Program-made: the position numbers and the translations under genes
Shown: positions 34,631 to 47,508 of the stretch, piece after piece
Position numbering within the stretch: position 1 is the stretch's first letter
How the letters are laid out: each line of letters begins with the position of its first letter
Notes under the pieces: generated by a model
What the model saw: only the letters and a program-made list of their open reading frames with translations
What the model was told of the DNA's origin: nothing
Databases searched by the model: none
DNA from: Callorhinchus milii
Taxonomy: Eukaryota
Direction of reading: 5' to 3'
NCBI RefSeq assembly: GCF_018977255.1
Contig: NW_024704743.1
Span: forward strand, 103,170,001 to 103,234,000
Length of the DNA: 64,000 bases

Positions 34631-37600
34631 AGTTATTGTTGCAGCAATGGTTTCCCCCTTGTAATCTGCGAAGCTGCTGGAGTTATAAGGAAGAATTTCC
34701 CTTGTTCAGATTCTCAGTTAGTGATTCATCCACTGAACCATCAATCGTTTTGACATATGTAGCCCACTACTCAATGATCATTTCACTTTACCCTTTTATT
34801 TCCTGCTCTGCAAGGTAACAATTGGATCATGTGCATTGATGCATGAAAAGGGCTTTAATTCTTACTCGTCCTATTTGCTGATAACCATATTGCATGTTAC
34901 AGAATGACTCAGAATGCGACTGTCTGAACACACCCCACAAGTCTATTCCCATTGTTTTCACAAACATTTGAAATCCCGAGCAGTCAGACAGCAAATGAAG
35001 CTTCACTCCAAAAGAGGACTGTTAAAAAGCTTCATTATCGAAGCTTAATTAAATCCACCCTCCTGTCAAAAGATTGGTTTGCCTACAAAACACACAGTTA
35101 CTACACTTCACACTAGACAGCCTCCTGATGTGAAAGGTGCCATATCAAGTACAAAAAATATTATTTACATTGTTAACTGGAAAAATATATTTTAAAAATG
35201 CTTTCAAAACATTTCAAATGTGTAATAACAAATCATGTGTAATAACAATACAAAATGTATCAGCAACTAGTGAACAGTGATGTATGGTGCATGTCCTAAA
35301 TATGCAGTGTGGCATTCATATCTCTTATCAGGCTTCCATCAATCATTGTGATAATGTTTAATGAACTACTTTTTCAAATATTATGCAGCATCAACAGATT
35401 TGCAAGGCAGATTATTTAATTTAAAGGTAAATGTGAATACTCATTCAACAAAACCAAAAGTATGATACTTGCTATTTTCTTCAGATATTAATTTGCACAG
35501 TTGGCTGCAATGCTGCCTCAAGAGTCAGTAACTTGTGAGAATAGAAAATAGTCTGGGGTTCAGAGTCTGGAACACCAGGTTCAAAATGAACAATGATCAA
35601 GGCTGAATTTAAGAATTTGCCAACTTTTGCAGCTCAGAAATACAACATAAATAGAGTAGAATTTCTCCCTACAAACCCGCTCTCAGCTCTATGCTAAAGC
35701 TAATTATCACACATGAGGAGAAGTTCAAAATGTCCCATATCCTCCAAATAGAAGAACAACCGCTGACACGCCTAATTGAAGAACTCACGGGGGTGGGGGG
35801 GATTGTGAGACAGAACCTTTGTCTGACCACTGGACTGCACAGCAAGACTTGGTTTTCAATTGAAACCAATCCAAGCAAATGCATCTTGACCACTTCAGCA
35901 AGGATTTAGGATGACATGTGAGTTCATTGTTATTGATAGGTCTAATGACTCCGTCAATTGGTACATCAAATTTTTCACATAAAAAACTCAAATACAAATA
36001 CACAGAAAGCTTTAGAAAGGAATAAAGAATGAAAATAGTGAATAATAACATTCAGCTTACGAAAAAACAGTTTACAGTTGCATTTTCCATACTATTGTAT
36101 TTTCCTTCTGTTTGAGTTTTTCCAAAAGAATTTTGCCAATCCTGGAAGCATTTGTACTTATTATATAGACCAACTAGGCTTGTTGATTGTTATTTTATGA
36201 GGCCATTTAATGCTTCGCAGTGTCTTTTCCTGATTGGTTACTTAAATGAGCCACAGACATGCCAAGCAAAACATTTCTATTTGCATAAATAAAGTTCAGT
36301 AATCAGATCCATTAACTGCCATATTTCTTTTTTACCAGCCTAATGTCAAATGTTAGCCCCTAAATAACTAATTATGTAATCTTCCAATAATTAACTCCAT
36401 TATTTGAGCAACACAGTCAGAGTTATTTTATTTTATTTGTCTTTCTGCTATATTTTCTCCTCCAATTTTCTTCCTTCTTGGAAGGCATTGGACACGTTTT
36501 TTTCTTTCAGTGGTATACATTGGAGGAGTTGTCATGTTCACCTACAATTACACATATTTATAATATTAATTAAAAATAAGCATTACAACAACAATTTGCA
36601 TTTATGCAGTGCTCTCCACGCTGGGAGGTGTCCCAGAGTGCTTAACAAGGTCTAGCTTTACATGGTCTAGCTGCATTGGGGATAACATTTGCAGTATTTG
36701 ATGATTTTACTTCTGTTAAATATCAATTCAGTTTACAGTGTTCAGTGTGAACAGCCCTCATTTCACATTAAACCTAACCTAACATATTGAATAGCAACAC
36801 AATGGGTTCCCCCATTGCTCTGAGTTTCAAACTCAAATCTCTGCTCTTTATTTCCATTCATGAGATGGCAAGTGAGAACTTTTTTCCTCTCCCTTAGAGG
36901 TTGCTGCACATATATTTTGTGTTTTAATGTTATTTTCCGGGTTAGATCTTTATAAAAGTAGCAAAATTCGCACTTATTTTTGCCCAGAATATTTCTGTAA
37001 TAATCAAGGTCTGCTGGACCTCATGATAACATTAAAGTATTCTTTCAACCCCTGAGGAGCGAGAAAACTNAAAAAGTGACATAACATAAGTAACCAAAAT
37101 TGTTTTTATTTCATTTATTCAAACAACATATAAATTAATTGGACCATATAATAATATGGGTTTCTAAATACACCACACAATGTTCATCATTGAAAATTTG
37201 CAAAAGAAATTAAAATTCACATATTTGGGTAACTGAAAAACTGCAGAGGGCTTTAAACACTCAAGGGGATAAAACTCGATTTTGCAAGTTTTCAACACCA
37301 TTCAAAATTCAGTTTGCTTTGCTCAAACCTAGTCCTTGAGAGGTTTGCACAAAATCATAATATTGGCAATAATATGCGTTGTAAAAAAATGAAATGTTAG
37401 TTCAGTGCCTACAGGTTAAAAACGTTTCATATAGGAGCTTTTAGGGCTGGATTTTTGCATATCTTATTCTAAATTCTCTTTAAATTGTATTCTCCCCCCT
37501 CCCATCACCAATTTAATATAAACAGAACTTTCAGAGGTTTTACTCCAAATGTATTTAGCAGCAAATACTGTACATTCCATTCAATCCTTTGTGAAATCAG

Positions 37601-38717
37601 GTAATTGGAGAGTGCCACTTCTTTTATACAGTATTTGACACAATGTCATTATTATAAGCAAACTGCACAGATTACTAGATTTTGTCTATTTCACATGCAT
37701 TTGCAATGTATCTCAACTAGAAATTTAAAGCTACATAAATAAAATAAAATTTAACTAGAAGTTGAAACTACATACATTTGGAATAGTTACACAAAAAATT
37801 GACTGCGGGGAGAAGTTTTCTTACAAATAGATATGGATAAATTGAACCCAAATAGGCACTAATTCTCCAGCACTAAGGCTGTTTAAACTCACGAGAGGGA
37901 AGATGAACATAATGTTCACTTTACACAGATAATGTTGTTTAATTACAATAGACTGACCAGACTGACCATAGAGACATTCAGTAACCTTGTGTTTAATAGT
38001 AATGATCCTTATATTTGAGACAGCATCTGGAACGTCCAAAACATCCCAAACGGCTTCACAAAGTTTCAGTAAAATGTAATGCAGTTGCTCCCCAGCTTTG
38101 TTCCTTCCTCTCCCGCCACTCCCTTCATGAATCCCTGCAATCGGGTTTCCATGCCGCGGATTTTGTGTACAGCTATGTTCCACAAACAGCCATGAAGTGA
38201 ATGATTAATTTTATCTGGTTAACTGTTACTTATAGAGTTCATGGATTAATATTATAAATGTATTAAAAAACTATAAGAAATCTTATGACCACAAATATGT
38301 GTAGAACTGTCTTCAAATTCCATAAAATAACAGGTTTTATCACTATTTTCATTGAAACCGATTGATCATTTCCGATCTTTCTGGACTGTATTTGAAATGA
38401 CATATTTGACCTATCTGCAGGGGCAAGTAGATCATTTATAAGTGGCATAAATCTTCCACCAAATGGACTAAGTGCAAGGACTGCATTTTATCTTATTTAT
38501 TCCATGGTCAAATGTGGATTGGAAATTGCAAGCACATCAGAATGATACCATTTTTCAGGAAGATACAATGAAAATGTTAATCAGAGTACTTCACTCTTTG
38601 GATCTCCAGTCGATTCATATCACCCTATATCATGTCACTGGATACTTGTCCAAAAGGGAACTGGCAATAATTCAAACAGATTAACTGGAAGAAATTTATT
38701 ACAGAAATGACTGCACT

Positions 38718-39113
38718 AATAATAATAATCCTTGCTTTTGATATAGTCCCTTATCTTGTCATTGAAATGTCTCAATGCACTTAACAAGATTTACTATAAA
38801 GTATAATGACTGTGTATTTGTAGGCAAATATGACAGACAATTCACAGACAACATTGTCCCTCAAACAAACATTAAATAAATGACCAATTTTATTTGCGGG
38901 ATTGTTGGCCATGATACCGAGAGAGACTCCCTTTTCTTCTCGAATAACAGCAGTGTGATCTTTAACACCCACACAAACAGACAAACAGGACCTTGGTTTA
39001 ACGTCCCAACTGAAGGACAGCACCTCCAACAGTGCCACGCACCTCCAGCACTGTATTGGACTGTGAGTTCAAAGTCCCGACATAGAGATTAAACCCACAA
39101 CCTTCTGACTCAG
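38718..39113 (-). mobile_element. Old Deu-domain SINE, near full length
   Basis: Reverse-collinear with 6954-7395. Confidence 0.75.
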
Positions 39114-39260
39114 AATCTCTTTGACTGTTAAAACATCAAAATTTCAGTATAATACAATACTGAAGTAGTTATCCATGGGCAGAAGCAACAGTGTGGAGAG
39201 GGGCAGAGAGAATAATGTCCACACCTGAAATTTCAATGTGCTCATGAGCCAGCCCCAATA

Positions 39261-39636
39261 GAGTCCTGTAGCTTAGTGGTGTGAGCACTTGCCTCGCAAG
39301 CAAGAGGACCTGGTTTGAATGCCAGGCAGGGCAACACATTGGGGAAGCTTCCTTACTCCACACGCTTCCGTTTACCTAGCAGTAAATAGGAGCCTGGTTG
39401 TTAGTCGATTGGTGGATCGCTTTCTTGAGGGTCATAATCCCTTCAAAAAAATAAATAATAATTTGGCCTCTCAATCCACAACTGTTTGTGGGACATATCT
39501 GTGTGCAATTGTCTGCTGCGTTCTGTCCACAAAATATACAACTTTACAGTATATTCTGTGAAGCACTTTGAGACGTCACCAAGACGTGATAAGGCACTAT
39601 ATCAAATATAAGGATTATTATTATTACTATTATTAT
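39261..39636 (+). mobile_element. tRNA-SINE, long variant
   Basis: Same head and tail as 29719 plus an extra internal segment near 39365-39435. Confidence 0.88.
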
Positions 39637-40452
39637 AGAAATGTAGTGAATGGTGGTCCAACTATTTGGCTGCTGAGGGCTGGATGCCCTATTTGAGAAA
39701 TGTCCGTGAGCCACATAAGCAACATTTTTGCATTTCCTTTCCAGAAACATAACATTTACTGGTTATGGAGGGAGCAAATGAAACAGATGAAATGGAGACG
39801 GGGGTTGGGGCATGAAATTGTGTAGTGGATAGAGCTACAGCTATCTTACATATCAGGAACTCATTGTTCAAATCCTGGCCTGTGTTGAGTTTGCTGGTCG
39901 AGACTCCACAGGGAAACTAAATTGGCCATTACTAGGGAACAAAATCATAGAGTTCTTGTTTCTAGTCCTGGATTGCATGCGTGAGTGGCACGTTAAATTG
40001 CTCATGTGTAACAAACTTTGCAATTAGCAGCAAATAGTACAAATCAACAAAAAAAATTAAACATTTATACCTAAATGATACATTACAGAAACTTGGGCCA
40101 ATACTGATAGGCTGAATCGCCCATTAATATTACAATGTTAGATATCATTCTCATTTGTTTTGACCAAGTTTTATCATCAGTAACATGAAGACCGATATTA
40201 AAGTCCTGCTTGTTTAGTCAACTTGGCTTGATCTGATCATAACATAATTGTATAAACATCATTAAATGTCTGTGGTTTATCAAAATTTATATATTTTTTA
40301 ACTTGTCCAAGTCTTTTAAATTTTCCATCTGCCTAACATCCATGATATTTTATATCCAGCAATTTATGAAATATTTCACTGTACTTTTTTCACAGTAAAC
40401 CTTTAATTGGTGTTGTGTGAATATTTAAACAGTCACAATCTTTAATGATCGT

Positions 40453-40820
40453 AACCTTGCACTTGATATAGTGTCTTTCGCATCAAGAGGATGTGTCAAA
40501 GTGCTTCACATGATTTATTGCAAAGTGTAGTGACTGCATTTTGTTGGAGGAATATTGCAGCCAATTTTTCACAGCAATTTAGCACAAACAGAAAGGAATT
40601 AAAAGATCTTGTCTTCTTGTTTTAACCTGGGGGACGTATAGTAAGGATATGGGAGAAACTCCCTTCACTTTTTGAATAGTGTCATTGGATCTTTAACATC
40701 TAAGCAAGCAGTCAAGCTTCAACATCTCTGTTGAAAGATTGCATCATGTACAATATAGCACTCCTCCAGCATTGGACTGGAATGCCAGCATAGAATGCAA
40801 GTTCAAGTCCCGACGTGGCG
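40453..40820 (-). mobile_element. Old Deu-domain SINE
   Basis: Reverse-collinear with the family; highly diverged. Confidence 0.65.
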
Positions 40821-41084
40821 CTGAGGCAGACTGGAACCTTACTTTGTTACTTTGCTGAACAGTCTGCCTTTCTGACACTTGTGATATTTCTGCACTCAGG
40901 ATTAACTGATACACAATTCAATTGTGTTCAGTGATGTAAACAGTGCTATAAAAAAGCAATGCGGCAGAGTGAGCAAAACTTGACTTTATGAAAACCGTTG
41001 GTAAGAATGACTGATATCACATAGGCTCAAATACAACAAGGCAGTTTGGCCTGCATTTAAATCTGTACTGGAAAGCTCTCATCA

Positions 41085-41532
41085 TCCGCTGGCTTCACTG
41101 GCTTCCCATCCCCCAGAGGATCGAGTTTAAAATCTGTGTCCTCACCTTTAAAGCCCTCCGTGGTCTTGTTCCGTGCTACCTCTGTGACCTCTTAAAATCT
41201 ACCAACATGTCTGCCCCCTCCACTCTGGCTGCTCCACATCCCCCACCCTGCCCGCTCCCCCATTGGTGGTCGGACCTTCAGCCTTTCTGCACCCATCCTC
41301 TGAAACTCCATCCCATAGCCCCTCCACCTTCCCCCTCCATTGCCTCCGTCAAGGCCTGTCTCAAGACCTTTCTCTTAGATCATGCCTTCGGTCATCTTCC
41401 CACCATCACCCCTTGCCCTCCACCCCTCTTGACTCCAGCTCGAAGCTCGGGTGCAAACTGTTCGTTCACTGTCCAGTGTCCTCCCAACATAAAGGCACTA
41501 TATAAATACAATTTGTTGTTCGTTGCTGTTGT
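41085..41532 (+). mobile_element. L2 3' fragment
   Basis: cttcactggcttcccatcccccagaggatcgagtttaaa (LHWLPIPQRIEFK) through the tail. Confidence 0.85.
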
Positions 41533-41589
41533 ATTTTCCTCCACAAGAGCTAATCGAATCACACCTCCTGTATCCTTTAATACAAAACA

Positions 41590-41708
41590 CAATAATAATA
41601 ATCCTTGCATTTGATATAGCGCCTTATTACGTCCTTGAGTTGTCTCAAAGTGCTTCACAGAATATATTGTAAAGTGGATTGATTGTTTGTTTGGTGGGCA
41701 AAACGTGG
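41590..41708 (-). mobile_element. Young SINE, 3' part
   Basis: (AAT)n then ccttgcatttgatatagcgcc. Confidence 0.8.
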
Positions 41709-41709
41709 T

Positions 41710-42425
41710 TGAGTTCCAATATGGGGCTTGAACCAACCACTTCGCAGTCTAGGCTAACATGTCAGTGCAGTGTTGGATTGATGGAACTGCCATCCTTCAG
41801 ATGAGACATTAAATCAAAATCCCCTCAGCCTGTTCAGATGACACTATAATAATAATAATAATCCTTGCATTTGATATAGCGCTTTTCACGTCGGGAGGAC
41901 GTCCCAAAGCGCTTCACAGAACACACTGTAAAGTGAATTGACTGTATATTTGTGGGCGAACGCGGCAGCCAATTGCGCACAGCAATGTCCCACAAACAGT
42001 CATAGATTGAAAATGACCAATTTAATTATTGTTTTTGGTTTTTGGAGGGATTATTATTAGGCGTGTGGAGTAAGGAAACTTGCCCAAGGTTTCGCCCTGC
42101 CTGGAATTGAACTCAGGTCTCTCACTTGCAAAGCGAGTGCTCTAACCACTGAGCTACAGGACTCCACTAAAGATCCCATGGCATTGTTCGAAAAGAGAAA
42201 GTCCTGGTATCTTGGCCAACACTCGCAGATAATATTGGTCCTCATTCAGCAATGTAAATAGTTCGACACATCCTTTCAACATGCAAAGTCTTGTAAAATG
42301 TGAATTATTGTTGTTGTCATTCATTCACGGCTATTTGTTTGACATTGCTAGGCACAAATTGACTGCTGGATTTGCCTGCAGGCAGTTACCACAGTTTGCA
42401 AAACATCCCTTGAAGTGCTTTGAGA
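41710..42425 (+). mobile_element. Old Deu-domain SINE interrupted by a young SINE
   Basis: tgttcagatgacacta rejoins actaaagatcccatggca across the insert. Confidence 0.7.
41847..42165 (-). mobile_element. Young full-length tRNA-SINE
   Basis: Only a few differences from the reverse complement of 29719-30041; duplication acta (41843-41846 / 42166-42169). Confidence 0.95.
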
Positions 42426-42793
42426 CGCAGACAGCACAGGATAACCCCTCCCTATCTACACTGATAAAGCAAGTAGGACGGAACCCACCACAATACATAC
42501 GTGAAACCGCACTGTCAGTCGATTTGCACTGCATACAGCCACGCACCCACCACCCACACACATAAACATACACATACATCCCTGCCTCAGACAGAACCCA
42601 CACTCAACCTCTATCTGTTCCACGTAACCTGAAAGGAACAAGAAACCATAAAAGATGTGAAAGGGGAAAAGGGTTAGTTAATTAAAAGTTAGAAACCCTG
42701 GTCCATTCTCGGCCCGGTTTTCAATGTTAGTTGTGGAGACATTTTGACAACCTGATAAGTAGCAATATCAAATGCAAGGAGTGATTGTTATTA

Positions 42794-42826
<33 letters not shown>

Positions 42827-42954
42827 GGCAGTCAAGCACTTGCTACTGTAAGATAGTTTGCAATAGTGCAGCTAGATGGTATCATTCTGGTGTCCCAAGA
42901 GAAATCACTACATCCCAGTCGAATTAATGTCTCACCAAAAGTTATGGAAAGTAC

Positions 42955-43940
42955 AATAACAATAACAACAACAAAATTACATTTGTATAGCGCCTTTCAC
43001 GTCGGGAGCATGTCCCAAGGTGCTGGACAGACAAAGCTTCAGACCCGAGCAGGGGATCAGGATCAGGGAGGGTGGAGGGCAAGGGAGAAGCAGGGAGATT
43101 GAAAGCAAACTTGAAGAGGAGGGTCTTGAGATGGGTTTTGAAGGTGATAAGGGAGGGGGCGAGGCGGAAGGACAGCGGGATGGAGTTGCAGAGGGTGGGG
43201 GCAGAGTTGCAGAAGGCCTGCTCGCCAATAGTGGGGCGAGCGAAGCAGGGGATTTGAAGCAGGCCGGAGCCCGCTGAGCAGAGGGAGCGAGCAGGATGGT
43301 AGTGGATTAGGAGGTCACAGAGGTAGAAAGGAGCAAGACCATGGAGGGCTTTGAAGGTGAGGACCAGGATTTTGAACTGTATCCTCTGTGTAATGGGAAG
43401 CCAGTGGAGTCGAGGATGGGGATGATATGGTCACAGAGCCTAGTGCGGGAGAGGACACAGGCCGCAGAGTTCTGGATGATCTGCAGCCTATGGAGGGAGG
43501 AGTTGGGAAGGCCGACAAGCAATGAGTTTGCATAGTCAAGCCTTGATACAATGAAAACATATATGAAGGTATTGGCGGCCTGCGGTGTGAGACAATGGCG
43601 GAGCTGGGCGATGTTGAGGAGGCGGGTGAAGGCAGAGCGGGTCATGTCGCAGATGTGGGATAGAAAGAATAGTTGTGGGTCAAACAAACCCCAAGGTTCC
43701 GGACTGGCTTAGCAAGGTGGAGTGAGCAACCATGGATGGTGATGCTGTCAGCGCCTGTGGTGAGGAAACGCTGACGGGAGCCAAACAGGAGAGCCTCGGT
43801 CTTGTTGACGTTTAACTGAAGAAAGTTAGCTCTCATCCAGGACTTGATGTCTGACAGACATTCAGTCAGGATAGCAGTGGTCCTGGAGTCAAGGGTGGGG
43901 GCAGAGAGGTTGAGTTGGGTGTCATGTGAAAGTTGACTCC
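42955..43940 (-). mobile_element. 5'-truncated L2
   Basis: Minus strand [38 protein letters not shown], through the tail at 42955-42980. Confidence 0.93.
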
Positions 43941-44450
43941 AAAATTCTGCAGCTCGCACACCAGGCTCCGTGACCCCATCACTCCCACTCTTGCCCGACT
44001 CCACTGGCTCCCCATCCCCCAGAGGATCGAGTTCAAGATCCTCATCCTCACCTTTAAGGCCATCCATGGCCTTGCCCCCTCCTACCTCTCTGACCTGCTG
44101 ACTCCCTACCAACCTGCCCGCTCCCTCCGTTCATCGGGCTCCGGCCTGCTCCATGTCTCCCGCCCGACCCTCCCTACTATCGGTAGCCGGGCTTTCAGCC
44201 TCTCTGCTCTCGTACTCTGGAACTCCATCCCATGGTCCCTTCGCCTTGCTTCCTCCCTTGCCTCCTTCAAGGTCGGTCTCAAGACGTTTCTCTTCGACAG
44301 TGCCTTTGGTCTCCCTTCCACCTCTCTGCCTTTCCTCACCCCTACACCACCCCCTCCCCCATGCTCGGGCCCCGACACCTGACTGTCCAGCGCTTTGGGA
44401 TGTCCTCCCGACATGAAAGGCGCTCTATAAATGTAATTTTGTTGTTGTTG
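43938..44450 (+). mobile_element. 5'-truncated L2 abutting the previous copy 5'-to-5'
   Basis: RLRDPITPTLARLHWLPIPQRIEFKILILTFKA...LKTFLF and tail. Confidence 0.93.
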
Positions 44451-44471
44451 ACTCAATGTCTGCAAATGATG

Positions 44472-44579
44472 CCTACAAAATATACAGTCAATTCACTTTA
44501 CAGTATATTCTGTGAAGTGCTTTGAAACATCTAGAAGAGGTGAAAAGCACTATATCAAATGCAAAGATTATTATTATTA
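44472..44579 (+). mobile_element. Young SINE, 3' part
   Basis: tatacagtcaattcactttacag through (ATT)n. Confidence 0.8.
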
Positions 44580-46029
44580 ATTCAACTGGGATTGTGACTC
44601 ATGCTGAATCACCATGTTTAAGAGCATCCAAACCATACTAAGAATTCCACATATGTATGCCACCTACACAGAGAAATGCACTTGTTTCTGGAGAGTGCAT
44701 CCTGCATACCTAATGCTGTAGAGTATTAGGCACAGTTTGGCAAGTATTGGGAACGGTTGGCAAGAGCTGATGCTTGCGGAACCTGTGTGTGTGTTCTGTT
44801 ATTGCTGGATTCTAACCAGCTAAAGCCATACAACATGCGATTGAGAGCATTGCCTGACAAGCTTCCCACTGATTCTGCAGCTAGAAACATCCTATCCATT
44901 AAGGCTTTGTCCTTAAATATAAATGTATATGCCATACCAGCCAGAATGAGGCAATTTTTCCCAACAGGCAATAAGATGTGTTATAGCACTCAAAGACATT
45001 TAATCTAACTTTCAGCAAGTCCTTCTTAGCACTCCAATGAAACGGTGGTGCCAAAAGGATAAAAATATGCTTGAAATATATTTAAAGAAGATCTGAATAG
45101 ACACTTGGCAGGCACTATCCTCTGTTTCAGCTCATTGAATCAAAACGGACTTGGCAGTGCCATGGTGCTATAATATTGCCTTTAGCATTGTTGTTTAGCA
45201 CTGAAGTGGATTGCATCAACACAAACTGGTCCTGTTTTTTTAAATAATAATAACAATAATAATCCTTGCATTTGATATAAATCTATGTATTTATAAAATT
45301 CAAACAAAACAGGAGAGTATATTGTTCAGAAAATTTAATATTCAATATTCAAGGACATTAAATAGGGCACTCAAAAAGATCCATAATGATGAATTGATTA
45401 AGCTGAGTTATTTTAGGTGGAGTGTCCTCTTTTATTATATTCATTTTTCTTCTTCATAAACATAACTGCTTCAATTGGAATGCTTGATGGGATATGGCCA
45501 AACTTCTAATGTGATTAAATATTTATGTGTAAAGGTTGGACATAAAGCTCAGACCATTACTTTTATGCCTGCACTGTAAGGACTTAGAAATATTGCAAAA
45601 ATAAATCAGATTGCAGAGGAATCAAAGTGCCAGGACCATTAAAAAATGAGGTCAAGGCTGATAGATCAATGCAGCACTGGGGGAGGGTCAAATTGTCAGA
45701 GCTGCAGTCCATCAGATAAGATGTGAAACTAAGAACCCATTTGCCTGTTCAGGTGAATATTAAGGATGCCGTGGCGATACTCAAAGAGAATTTTGCAAAT
45801 TGTGCATCCACACTCCGTGTGCGCGCCATGGATGAAATACTTCAAATACCATGGGAAATTATAAGTGAAAGTGAAAATAGCACTGAAGCCTTTCAGATCT
45901 CAAACTCATTTGGGCTCAGGCAATGTTAGATTTTTTAAAAATAAATATACATATTTTGAATTATAAAAAAATTATGTGGCAATATATCTCTATAGGAGTT
46001 TCTTTCACCAGGCAGAGTCAGATATAAGC

Positions 46030-46491
46030 TAGCTTGTCCACGCCTTCTTCACTTCCTGGCTCGACTCTTCCAATGCCCCCTCCACCATTCACAAAATTCA
46101 ACTAATTCAGAACTCCGCCGCCCGGATTCTCACCCGAACACAACTGCGTACCCCCATCACACCAGTCCTTGCCAGGCTCCACTGGCACCAAATTACTGAA
46201 CTGATCAATTTCAAGATCCTTTCACTCGTTTTCAAATCCCTTCATGCCCTCGCACCTCCCTACCTATCCGAACTGCTTACCTTCCACTTCTCCACCTGCT
46301 CCCTCACCAATCCCTCCGCCTTGCCACCTCCCTCCCCACTTTCAAATCCCACCGAAATACCTTCCCTTTTGATCGTGCTTAGAGTCACCTCCCTCTCCCC
46401 CTGGCTCGGGGTCAGACTGCGCCACTGTCAAGTGCTCTGGGACGCTACCCCTCATGAAGGTCACTATATAAATGCAAGTTGTTGTTGTTGT
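46030..46491 (+). mobile_element. Old L2 fragment with internal deletion
   Basis: KIQLIQNSAARILTRT, ITPVLARLHW, INFKIL; tail atgcaagttgttg. Confidence 0.85.
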
Positions 46492-47040
46492 AGCTCAGTT
46501 GATAGCACTCTCACTTTGGGACCGAAGGTAGTGGGTTAAAGCCCCACATCGGGCTTTTGGACTCACATTTGAGGGTGACATTCCAATTCTGAGCTGGGGA
46601 AGTGCTGCCTTATCAGAGCTGCCACCCAGCAGTTGAGACTGAGGTTCCATCTGCCTATTGAGGTGGTTGTTAAAAAATAAAAGGTATAATTTGAAAAGGG
46701 AAGGGTGTCCTGGCCAATAATTCTCCAGACAAATTTGTCTTCACCTGATGGCTATTTGTGGAGTCCTGTAGCCTGGGTCGGGCGAAACATTGGCAAGTTT
46801 CCTTAGTTGCTTCTGTTTAGTAAATAGGAACCCGGTTATTAGGGGATAGGCAGATTTAAGGGGTGATAATCTTTTAAAAATCCACAACTGTTTGTGGGAC
46901 ACTGCTGTACACAATTGGCTGCCACATTTTTCCCACAAAATAGAGTCAATTCACTTTACAGTAAATTCTGTGAAGTGTTTTGAGACATCTCGAACACGTG
47001 ATATGCTGTTATATCAAATGCAAGGATTATTATTATTATT
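46490..47040 (+). mobile_element. Old Deu-domain SINE followed directly (from about 46760) by a head-deleted long-variant young SINE
   Basis: tagctcagttgatagcactc head; ggagtcctgtagc at 46760; (ATT)n at about 47030. Confidence 0.75.
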
Positions 47041-47214
47041 GTAATGCTGCATTGCAATTTAACTAATATAGTCACAACAAATATAAATATGCAGTCACTA
47101 CACTTTATAGTAAATCTTGTAAAGTACTTTGTGGTGTCCTCCCAACATGATGAGCACAATATCAAATGCAAGAATTATATTTTATTACAGAATTGCATAT
47201 AATAATAATAAGGA

Positions 47215-47508
47215 GAATAATCCTTACATTTGATATGATGCTTTTACACATCTTCTAGATGTCTCAAAACACTTCACAGAGTATACTGTAAAGTGAGTTG
47301 ACTGTATATTTGTTGGCGAAACATGGCAGCCAATTGCTTACAGCAGTATTCCACAAACAGATTGAAGTGACCAATTTTATTGCTTCTTTGTCTTGAGGGA
47401 TTATCATTAAGCATGTGGAGTAAGGAAACTTGCCCAAGGTTTTGCCTTGCTGGGAATCGAACCCAGGTCTCTCGCTTGCAAGGCGAGTGCACTGAGCTAC
47501 ATGACTCC
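47215..47508 (-). mobile_element. Young tRNA-SINE, near full length
   Basis: Reverse complement of the 29719 family. Confidence 0.88.

Noticed and set aside
37070..37070. Ambiguous base n (another at 47901)
   Set aside because: Both adjoin poly-A runs and look like assembly uncertainty, not biology.
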